Of a stretch of 64,000 nucleotides of DNA, positions 53,001 through 64,000 are shown one piece after another. Below the pieces are notes generated by a model that worked only from the letters and a program-made list of their open reading frames with translations, was not told where the DNA came from and did not search any database. Numbering within the stretch: position 1 is the first letter of the stretch; the number at the start of each line of letters is the position of its first letter. The stretch is from positions 124,001 through 188,000 of the forward strand of contig NW_026862606.1 of NCBI RefSeq assembly GCF_026571515.1. The letters are read 5' to 3'. The position numbers and the translations under genes were made by a program. This DNA comes from Ruditapes philippinarum. Taxonomy: Eukaryota.

Positions 53001-55047
53001 ATGCAATCATATTATTTAAATTAATTATGTGCATAGGTCGAGAAACCATTTTAACAAACAGATGAAAGAAATTTTATTGTGTTCAAAATCTGAAGAACAT
53101 TTGCTTGTAATCATATAATTTGATACCAATTAAGATTAAACAGTATAAAGAGGATGAACATTGTGAAACAGTATACAAAGGATGGGATGAACAATGTACG
53201 TGAATATCAGTTACTTAACAGTGAAAGTCGTACGTATGTAGCGGCTTTAATATATTTTTGCTAGATTTTTGTTGCAGTATAATTTTTATTTGTTAGCAGC
53301 TGCATCATTTTAAACACAATCGGCCTTTGAAAAAAGTATCTTTTAATGTAATTCTTCCTTATATCTTCATAACATGGGCATTTAAATAAAAAGTGAAATT
53401 CATCTTCTAAGTCTAACAAATTGCATTACAAACAATATTTTTTCATTTCTAGGTATTCTATTTCTTGAATAACGACCGGTCTGTATCCTAAGTGAGTGTG
53501 CTGATAAACGAAGTTTTGTATAAAAACTTCTTTGATTAAAAGGTAAAATATCCAAATAAGTTTCATACCTTAATTACCTCTTGCTTAATATGTATATAAT
53601 TTTCAAGCACTGCACAATTATTTACTAATGCGTTCCAATCTTGTTTATAACAATCAACAATTCGTGTCTTAAAAATATTAGGAATTTTTTTCCAAATCAA
53701 CCGATCTAGGATTGAGGAAAACATCTGCAAATCCATAAACACTTAGTAATTTTTGAACGTTTGAACCCCAGTTTTTACGTCCTTTAATACAATTTATCAA
53801 ACCCTGTTCATATGTCTTTAGTAAAATAATATTATATGACTGTTGCAAGTTACACCAATATTTTACAATTCTTACGTATCTTGTTATATATAGCGGGAAT
53901 CTTCCTAACTAGTCGTAAACACTAGCACTTCCGGTTGAAATTCTAGCATTTTAAATACGTTTGCAAAACTTAAGATGGATTCTTTCAATTACCTTTGATT
54001 TTGTGTAACCCCATAGTTTTGATGAATAGTTTAATATAGCACCAACAAATGCATCAAATAACTGACATAACAGTAAGGGTTTTAATTTAAACTTATTACA
54101 TTTTACCAAGAGCTCATTCAGTGCCTTTAAAGCTTTACCTGATAAGTGCTCCTGATTCATTGAAAAATAACCGGTGTAGTTAAACACCGTTCCAAGATAA
54201 TTAAAATCATTTTCATTTTCAATGTTATGGCCATTGTAGGTCCAACTCTCGTTAGGTAAATAAACTCTGCACTTTCTAAACACCATGATTTTTGTTTTCT
54301 CCGCGTTGACCTCCAAACCCCAGGTATCACAATATGTGTGTAAAAGATCTAAACTTTTTTGCAATTCCGCAGGAGTCTTTCCTAGAATGACCATATCATC
54401 TACAAACAACAACAAAATTAAAACTATGACGTCTATTCATATACCAGGGCTTTCGGGCGATTGTAGATGCAATTCTAGATCCTCAACAAACATTACAAAA
54501 AGTAGAGGGGATATTACCTCCCATTGACGTAAGCCTAATGCATAACAGAAATAGTCAGAATATGAATTATATTTCTTAACACAAGATTTGACATTAACAT
54601 ACATATTTCTAATTATTTTAAGCAATTTGCCTTGTATCCCCTGTCTATAAAGCTTAAGCCATAAAGCATTCCTATATATACTATCAAAACACTTTTTAAA
54701 ATCTATAAAAGCTGCGTATAATCGTTTATTTTCATTTAGGAAATGTTGGATAATAGACAATAAAACAAAAGCAGCATCTACGGTTGAACGGCCTTTCATA
54801 AAACCGAACTGTGCGTCGAATATAACATTCTTGCTTTCACAGAAAGAAATAATTCTATTATTAAGTATGCTAATGAATATTTTTGATAAGCAACTAACTA
54901 AGGTTATGCCACGATAATTATTTACATCTTCCCTGTTGCCCTTTTTAAACAATGGTATAATCACACCTTTGTACCATTTTTCCGGATAAATACCAGAATT
55001 TAACACCGCGTTAAATGTATCACACAAATGACTAGCAATAATATTTA

Positions 55048-55990
55048 TTACCCCTCACTTTTTTCGTAATGCTAATTTCCCATAGGCCTCTGGGAGTTAT
55101 TCTTACTGTTAATGCAAGTGTACCACGTGACTACGAATTTTGTACTGTTACATAGGTAACAGTATTTTTAACAGTATAAAATCTGGTCACATGGTCTATT
55201 TTCTAAATAAAATGAAATAAAATGGCCGCCATTTTTCTCTCGATTCATTCTTATTTTTGACGATAGGGCATCGCCGAAGTAACTATTACTCTGATTAAAT
55301 TTAGTTCTTTGCAACCTAGAGTCCCTTTCGCGTATTAAATATCTTTTTGTTGAATAGTCAACAGGAAGCATCCGTTTTCAACGGAAGTAATTGTAATGTA
55401 AATAATTTTGTGTCAAACTGGAACATGCAGACAATTAAAGCATGCAACAAAGGATAATTTAACAATTTTAACCAGTAAAACGTTACAGATAGAGTTTGTG
55501 GACATACATCTGTAAGATATCATCGTTATTTTCTAAATGCACTTTGTCAAAAACCATGCGAAGAATATTCTGGATGTAGAAGGATCAGATTTCACAGATC
55601 ATAACCTTATAAATGGGTTAGTGTTTTGCTTTCTGAATAAAACACAGCTTATTTTACGTTTATGACTGGTAGATATCATCACTTGCTTAAAGAATAAAAA
55701 AAACAGCTTCTCAAGTAGGCCTACAGTGCACTTAAAACTTGCAAGGTAAGGACAGTTTAGTTATTGCTTCTCTTGGCTTATTTTTGTTACAGTTAGATTT
55801 AGTTGCCAAATTCAGATCATCACAGTATTTGTTCGGGGTAATAAAATAAATAACACATGGGTTTGTGGGTAACAGTAAAAATATCATCCCTCGTATAAAT
55901 ACTGTTACCCTCGGCTACGCCTCGGGTAACAGTATTTTCCTCGGGATGATATTTTTACTGTTACCCACAAACCCATGTGTTATTTATATA
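55048..55990. mobile_element. ~940-bp non-coding insertion ending in a ~138-bp near-perfect hairpin
   Basis: Interrupts LINE ORF2 between EYFMESI and IIASHL. Palindrome 55848-55985 is centred on GGCTACGCC. Confidence 0.75.
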
Positions 55991-57269
55991 CTATACTCTC
56001 CATAAAATATTCATTCATCATTATCCCTTTTTAGTTGCTTAACAACTTTTAAGATTTCCTCAACTGTAATTGTACAATCTAATTCTGCGAATGGGCAGTC
56101 AATATCGTCAAAGTTATGAATGGAACAAAACATTTAAGCTTCTTCATTTTTACATTGAAATAAATCGGTTTCTAAGTTTGAAAAAAACTAAAAAAAATTC
56201 ATCTAAAGAAATATTAGTTTCTCCTTAAACATTTTGTTTTTTATCAAAATACTTCCAAAACTGTTTTGGATTACAACATTTTAACTTCTCAAGCTCCTTC
56301 ATTTTTTTTATTTCAAAATAATTTCTTTTCTTTCTACGGACAATAGCCTTGTATTCTTTATTACATGAACAAAAATATTCCCTATTTTGCTGAGATTTAA
56401 CCACTATTAAATACTCGCAAAGAATCTAAATAACAAGTTCTTGCATTTTGACATTCAATATCAAACCAATCATTATTTTTCCCCATGGGCGTATCACAAA
56501 AAGTTACATTTTAGTTACAATTGATAAGTTTCGAAAATATAGGATCGGCTACTTTTCTAACAATGCTTGTATAACTATTAACTGTATCATTTATTGACGA
56601 CCTTTGCTTAATATCAATACTATTCGTTATTCGATTTAAATCTTCTTCACGAGATACGTTTAATTGCCTTTGGCATGATAAAGAAAATATTATGGGTGCA
56701 TGATCACTCCATTCATTTATACTACAAATTTCAAAATTACAGATATTTTTAAAATAACATTCTTTTGTCAACAAATATTCTATAACAGATGCCCCATTTT
56801 GATTTACAAAAGTGAAATTACCAATATTGTAGTGATCACATATAATCTGTCGTTAACTATGCGTAAACCCGTGCTTTTACAAAGATCAATGAGCCTTTAA
56901 TCCATAACTGTGAATCAAAATCGTTTATATCATTTTCTAACAAGCCAAATAAGTCAATATTTACAACATTGTACGCGGGAGAGTCTTCTCCCCAAACATA
57001 CCTATCACATATATATACATCATTGTCAAGGTTAACAAATGTTTTATCTAATCTTAGCCAAATTATAGTGTAATAATGATTTCTTACAAGTTCAATACCA
57101 CCTGATAATGAATCTTTATAATACAACACAATACCCCCGCTAGATCTCTTTGCATTACGGTGTTGAAATTTTCTGTAGAAATTGAAACTTTGATAACCCG
57201 AAAGTTCAATGTTATTGTAGTTATTTGTCCAAGATTCATATCAAAACACAATATCGTTATCGTCATGTA

Positions 57270-59398
57270 TAAAACATTGTAACACTTTTACAGATTTTTT
57301 CGATATTTCGCTAGGTTTGAAACAGGGCATAAATAATTCGCCAATTTTATTTTCTCTGTTTTTAGAGGATATTGAACTTTTTCTACAAGAAAATATTGAT
57401 TGTGGTATTTTATTATCCGATTTTTGTTTAAATTTTTTGCTTTTTTGGCCAAAACCCAAAAATGGCTATTCCCTTTCCCAAAATCCTACCCGGGTTTTTC
57501 AAAAAAAAGTTTTAAAAAAATTATTAATATTTTATTAAAAAGGGGTTAAAGAGGGGAATACAAAAATTAAAACCCAAAAAAATGGTTTTTAGGAAAAAAA
57601 GGGCCCTTTTAAAAAATAAGAAAATTTGGGATTATAAAGATATTCTTTTTGAATTGCTGACAATTTTAACTATTTTAGGGGTAAATTTTTAAAAAACAAT
57701 GGGGCTTTTTCACTTAATAAACAAAAACGTAATTTGGGAAAAAGGGTTTAAAAAGGGAATGGGCCCCCGTTTTATTAAAAAGCATAAAAATTTTGAGTTA
57801 AAACCCCCAGCTTTCGGGAGATTTTTGCTCTTGGTTGGGTTTTTTCCCGCTTTATGGTTTTTGGGGGTTTTTTAAAACAAAAGGGAAAAGAGCGGTTACA
57901 TCTTAAATTCTGTAAATCTATATATAGGAGTGAAACAAAGTACTTGTACTGCAGCAATCTATAGCGAATTAGGTCGTTATCCATTATTTATTAAACGATA
58001 TGTGCAAATTATTACATACTGGCTTAAAATAATTATAACAGCGATAATATCATTTTTGAAAACTGCTATGTACGCTTCGTTTGAATTACATGAAAACAAC
58101 AATCAGTGTTGGGCTTCTAAAGTACAATGGAATATTAAATGAGTACGGTTTTTCTGATGTTTGGAACAACCCATTTCAATACGAAGCCAAATATTTTGTT
58201 TAACTTTTTAAACAAAGAATGATTGACTGCTTTTTGCAAAAACTTTCTAGCGATATTTCAAACAGTCCATTGTTAATTAATATATATGTACATTTGTATA
58301 ACTCATTTGAAATGGCAAACTACTTGAAAAAAAAATCTCCATAACAGAACTGATAGAAATTGCATAGCAAGGTTAAGATTATCGTCACATAAACTTCGGA
58401 TTAAAACAGGTAGATATGGTGCTAATAGATTACCCCGGGAGGAACGCATATGTCAGCTTTGCGATAGTAATTAAATAGAGGATGAATTACATTTTATATG
58501 TGTTTGTAAAAGTTACTCTAATATACGTTCTCTTTACATTAAGCAATACTACTACAGAAGACCAAGTATGTTCAAATTGATCGAATTAGTAAGTACTGAA
58601 AAGAAGTCTGAATTAATAGGTTTAGGTAAATATTGTTGTATCATAGTTTGGAGACCTTTCTGTTGAAAATGTGTCGGAGTTAAATCGTATACATATACAT
58701 GCACAGTGCGTTAACTGGAGTGCGGGTATTAGTTAACCGCACTCCAGAGCATGCCCATTGATTGGCTCATTTTTGCTGGGGTTTACATATTGTGACGGCA
58801 GAGAAAGGGAAAGCAACAGAAATGTCATATTCAGATGTTCGTTCATTGGTTCATTTTTGCCGGGGTTTCATATTGTGACAACAGGGAACGTGCTTTTATG
58901 TTTGACTATGATACAAAAGAGAAAGAACACCAAATCACTCGGCAATCTGATTAATACTCGGGGGCTACGCCCCCTCGTACAAATCAGAAAGCCTCGTGTT
59001 TCGGTGCTCTTTCTATTACTTATTATGCTACAAAACATCGAATTGAACTACTAAATGTTCTGTAAATTATTGTATAAATTTGTCTCTTTGTATTTAAAAG
59101 TGATATTATTATTTCTTGAAATAACTTGATAATGTGTCTAGTATGAAACATTGTTAAATGGAATCATATCACAGCATATGATTAAGTTTAAAATCCATTA
59201 TTTTTATATTTTAAAGAATGTAAACGCTTTATAATAAATAAGCTCACTTTAGTACTAAATGGTGTTAACGTTCATTCTCCAAAAATATGTAAATTGAAAA
59301 TTTGTGCTACAACTTTATTCATGTACCATGATATTGTGTTTGATTGTACTATATAAATGTGTGTAATATGACTATGTACTGAATGTATACGTCAATAA

Positions 59399-59436
<38 letters not shown>
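57270..59436 (+). mobile_element. 5'-truncated RTE-X-like LINE with a (TATC)n tail, nested in the minus-strand LINE
   Basis: KQGINNSP, YSELGRYPL, RLRLSSHKLRIKTGRY..EDELHF, then AATAAAT(TATC)n at 59395-59436. Carries a hairpin-ended insertion at ~58640-59020. Confidence 0.85.
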
Positions 59437-59437
<1 letters not shown>

Positions 59438-59694
59438 GAAATAATTTTCACAAAATCGTATTATCCACGTTTACCTCGGGTTAATCCATTAACATTCCAA
59501 GACAGAATCTTAAGGTCATCCTCTCTGAGTCCCTAATCCTTCACTGGTCGCCCGTCAATATAGAGCGTGTCGTACGCCAGCCACGCCGTCTTCCTTTGTT
59601 TCCGCGCTTCCTTCATCTTTGGTAGTAAAAGCCTTCATTTGTCGCTAACCTCCCTTGGGAATTGTTCATGAGTTTATATAAATTGTCAAAAGAT

Positions 59695-61232
59695 GAAGAT
59701 TTCAAGATTCAAGATTCAAAATTTTTATTTGCAAAAACATTTTACAATGTCCATTGCCATGTTCGGTGGTTCAATAAACACATAATGAGAAAAGTACATA
59801 CATAACGAGAATGAGATAATTATAAATTAATTAGTAAACAGATTAATTAACCAATCTTTTTAAGTCTCTTACCAAACATTCTTCCAATTTCTATTCGAAG
59901 TAAAAAAAGAAACCCACTAGATAAGTGCATAGAACATAAATATGAGACATAAACATACAGCATATACAATCATTGTGAGAACTGGTGAAGGGTATATTGG
60001 AAAATGATATATAATATAATTTTAACCGCTTTTGAACCTTATGTTCCTTACAAAGACATGCTATACAATAAATAGCATATCAGAAGGAGCTAAGTAGCAA
60101 CGTAACACGTACAGGTACCTCTTTTTCGAAACAAAATAAAAAAGAGTACCGTTACATGATAATCAAGTATATATTTAGATAGCTACAAGAGTAATTGACG
60201 TCAAGTCATCGCTTGTAAGACAATTTTGCTAGAATGGCAAAACTTTTATCAGTTTCGTTGCTGTTATCCAGCACCAGTTCAGTTGACATTAACAAACTAT
60301 ATACATACGCATAATTCATGACAATAATTTTGTTAAAGTGTATAAAGCTATATATCCGCTTCAATAATTTAAGTTTATATCTGAAAAAGAGAATACTTCC
60401 AAAATGTTTGTATGAATTAAATGATACATGTTGTAAAGATTATAGCTTTATACCCTTTGAATAAACGCACATGCATATTATCCTATTGTTAAATTATATT
60501 TATTAACAGGGCACTTATTTTATTATAATTATTTGATGTTAAATATTTTTAACCGATATCATGTTTATTAGACATTCATATTGATCAGTTAATTAGTCAA
60601 CTTTAGTTGTTATAAACTATAATTAAATTGTATACTATGAAGTTAAAAGACATAATAGAAAAAGATGTACTGGTACATTGATTAATCATTATATCTGTTT
60701 TTCTATCTTGCTATACATATTGAAAGAGTAAAAGGTAGTTAAATGAAATTAAATAATTTGGTATTTATTCCTACTTACACTTGTCTTTAAAATACAGGTA
60801 TAGTGAAATGACATGTTACTTGCCAAATAAATGAACTTAGCTGTTTTATTCAGCAACTGAGCACAATTTGTATTCATTAAATATTTGAATTTTTCCATAG
60901 TAACCAAACACAATAATAGCTGGGTTATCATTCCCATCTGAGATCTCTATACTTAGGACATACTAACAGAAAGTGGTATTCATTTTCTACTTTGTTCATA
61001 TCACAATTAATACAAATTCTATCATTTCTTTAAATATTTCTGTATCTGCCTACCTATTAAAAGTCGATGTGCTGAACATCTAAATCTTGTAAACGCTATT
61101 CTATATTTTTCATTTAATATCAGGCGAAAATACCTCTTGTAGCTAAATTCAGTTTTGAATGTACAGTAAGTATCTAATTTCGGAGAACTTTGTATATCAC
61201 TTAGTCACTGTTTATGTAAATTGTCAAAAGAT
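59695..61232 (-). mobile_element. 3' fragment of an RTE-X-like LINE with a (TTGAATC)n tail
   Basis: FTRFRCSAHRL...CINC...ENEYHFLLVC, a long 3' UTR, then AATAAA and the short tandem tail. Confidence 0.75.
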
Positions 61233-62330
61233 AAAAAGAATTGGTTTAATCACGAGTGTTATAATGTCCGAATTCAATGTAGCGAGAAATTACTATTTAA
61301 GTCATAAAACAATAGAAAAATAAAAAAAAATGAATGAAAAAAAAAGTATAAAGTGTTAATAATAAATGTCAAAAAAAATTTCAAACGTAACTAGGGTAAA
61401 CGTGTTTCAAAATTAGCAAGTTTAAATCCAAAGGCTTTTTGGAAGGATGTTTAATCTCAATAGAAACAAAATAACGGGGGTCCAAATAATAATATATCTA
61501 TTGACGATTTCTATATGCATTTCAATAATTTATATAGAACGCAATCTATGTCGCACTATAACTTGAATGAATAACAAGAATAAATTGTCCAAAATGATTG
61601 TTTAGATGCGTTATTTACTATATCTGAACTGAAATATGCTGTTTACAGTCAAAATAATTTAAAAAGTCCGGATGCAGATCACTTAATAGCCGAAGTGTTT
61701 AAGTACTCCTTCGATATTATTTCCCCTTTCTTACTTCAATTGCATAACAAATTATTCATTGAAGGTATCTTCCCAGCAACTTGACAACAAGGTATATTAG
61801 TTCCAATTTTCAAGGGCGGGACAGCCGAAGCCAAAAAAATCGTGGAATCACATTGAATAATATGTTATTCAAAATTTATTCTAAGATGCTAATAGCGAGA
61901 CTTACTAAATGGGCAGGCAAAAAATCAATATTAATAGATAACCAATATGGTTTTCAAAAATCAAAATCAACACATGAATGTGCAATCATTCTTCATGCTG
62001 TTATATTGAAAACATAATCAATGAAAAAGAAACTGTATGTAGTATTCTTAAACAAGGAAAAATGTTTGATCAATTAGATCAAATAATGTTGAGGCAAAAA
62101 TTAATTACTGCAAATGTAAGCACTAAACTTATTACAGCTTTAAAATCTAAAATCTGTAATCCAATATAATTCTACAAATTCAGATCCCATAACATCTTTT
62201 ATTGGAGTAAAACAAGGAGACCCAGCTAGAAGCATACTCTGTCTTTTTTTCCTAAATGATATTGTAGAAAATATTAATAATAACTTCAATAGAATTTTAA
62301 GTATTTTTATTATAATTCGCTGAAAACGGT
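61233..62330 (+). mobile_element. Degenerate LINE ORF2 fragment (linker and RT)
   Basis: WFNHEC, KSPDAD, ILVPIFKG, NRGITL, QYGFQK and GVKQGDP motifs with many stops. Confidence 0.75.
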
Positions 62331-62764
62331 GCATAATTTGCTTATGACCCTCAATCTCAGACTTACTGTCATACATGGAGATTTCGATAAAACGTCAGTA
62401 AAACCAAAATAATGTTATGTTTTCTTTCATTCCATTCAGCCAAACATAAATAGTTTATCATTTAACTCCATAATTAATATCCTACATTGATAAAAAATAA
62501 ATAAGAAAGACTATGTAGGAGTGGCTGCTACAGGTTAACTTTAATTTATTATTGAATAAATATACATTCATACACATCGACGACACTTGGGAAAAAACAC
62601 TTTAAACTGGTGAGAAGTGTCTCTGCACTAAACATTTGCTAATATAAAAGTCCCATGTCGTCAATCCGATCATTCAAAAAATTGTGGTTCCGAGTAATCC
62701 AATTGCACTGTATGGAATAATGTTTTAATACACACAAATATGTTACCTCAAAGTCAGAACCACA

Positions 62765-64000
62765 AAATAGATAAATACAGAATCCCTAAAGAAAGCCCAA
62801 CACGGCAAAATTGAAAATGTTGCAGGCTCGGTTTGATTGAGCCTGTTCATGGACGGTACTGGAAAGTGCAAGTTACCGTCCACGCCCCCTAGCACCGGCT
62901 TAAGCAGAATTCAACATTTAAACATTAAATAGTTAAATTTTTAATTTAGAAACATCCGCAGATGTGTTCATACGGCGGTTATCATGGAACCTTCAATGTG
63001 ACACAGTTCTGCCATTCCATGAAAAGCGGCGTATGGTCCCCAAGTAATATAAAGCTTGTGCCCTAAACGAGAAAACAATGAGCGGAACTAAATAAAATGG
63101 AATTTTGAAAGGGGATCAGAAGTTATGAAGCCTGCGTATCACATATAAGACGTCAAAAGACAAATTTAAAAAGCAAGCAACATATCCTAAGGGTGATTTA
63201 ACATTATTCAAGTAGGAATATTGGAACCACCCAACTAGAAAATGCCGAAAAGTTGAAACTAAAAATACTACAAGCACAACAATAATGTCGTGCGGAACGA
63301 TCTTCAAAGATCGAAAATATAACATCATTGATTAAATGTACGGGGTGACATTTTACAGCCGCCACACGGCACAAATAACACGGATGTGATCATAAAATAG
63401 ATGAATACAGAATCCCTAAAGAAAGCCCAACACGGCAAAATTGAAAATGTTGCAGGCTCGGTTTGATTGAGCCTGTTCATGGACGGTACTGGAAAGTGTA
63501 AGTTACCGTCCACGCCCCCTAGCACCGGCTTAAGCAGAATTCAACATTTAAACATTAAATAGTAAAATTTTGAATTTAGAAACAGCCGCAGATGTGTTCA
63601 TACGGCGGTTATCATGGAACCTTCAATGTGACACAGTCTGCCATTCCATGAAAAGAGGCGTATGGTCCCCAAGTAATAAAAAGCTTGTGCCCTAAACGAA
63701 AAACAATGAGCGGAACTAAATAAAATGGAATTTTGAAAGGGGATCAGAAGTTATGAAGCCTGCGTATCACATATAAGACGTCAAAAGACAAATTTAAAAA
63801 GCAAGCAACATATCCTAAGGGTGATTCAACATTATTCAAGTAGGAATATTGGAACCACCCAACTAGAAAATGCCGAAAAGTTGAAACTAAAAATACTACA
63901 AGCACAACAATAATGTCGTGCTGAACGATCTTCAAAGATCGAAAATATAACATCATTGATTAAATGTACGGGGTGACATTTTACAGCCGCCACACGGCAC
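62765..64000 (+). repeat. Tandem array of the ~630-bp unit (about two copies, running off the window)
   Basis: 62770-63397 repeats from ~63398 onward at high identity. Confidence 0.95.

Larger units (their letters stand above)
52850..59680 (-). mobile_element. Degenerate RTE-X-like LINE (end of ORF1 and all of ORF2), interrupted at ~55048-55990 and ~57270-59436
   Basis: ORF1 end WLAYDTLYIDG; endonuclease ILSWNVNGL..DFVKII | DNDIVF..WSDHAP; RT NYRGITLVS, DFKKCFD, FVDD, FNYLG; C-terminal LRLSAHSLRIQTGRY..EDEFHFLFKC. Confidence 0.88.

Noticed and set aside
57430-57900. Homopolymer-rich, scrambled stretch inside a LINE RT, resembling hypermutation or editing
   Set aside because: The pattern of expanded A/T/G/C runs is typical of uncorrected low-quality reads and is most likely an assembly artefact.
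63020-63090. GGTCCCCAAG motif suggesting a twister or HDV-like ribozyme in the 630-bp unit
   Set aside because: The required pseudoknot pairings could not be built by eye. A covariance-model search is needed.

Overview
AT-rich animal genomic DNA; the repeat landscape is typical of a bivalve mollusc (inference). Two host genes are recognisable. One is the first four coding exons of WDR18 (minus strand, 486-6977). The other is a secreted precursor (22682-23317, one coding exon): signal peptide, DM4/DM12-like pro-domain, KR cleavage site, then a 53-aa Gly/Cys-rich hydrophobic peptide. The rest is deeply nested transposable elements: RTE-X-like, L2, CR1, Tx1-like and Penelope-like retroelement pieces, tRNA-derived SINEs, Helentron-type elements and several MITEs. 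The most notable structures are: (1) an 18-kb Ginger1-type DNA transposon (29068-47116) with a three-exon integrase-OTU gene, inserted in a LINE; (2) inside it, an internally deleted LTR element (40528-45161) with an uninterrupted KCTD-type BTB ORF upstream of its polypurine tract; (3) a 6.2-kb MULE/foldback-like element whose end abuts the WDR18 start codon; (4) a structured ~630-bp mobile tandem unit at three sites; (5) LINE ORF1-UAG-ORF2 in-frame junctions that suggest readthrough. All calls were made by eye, without database searches, and some repeat boundaries are approximate.
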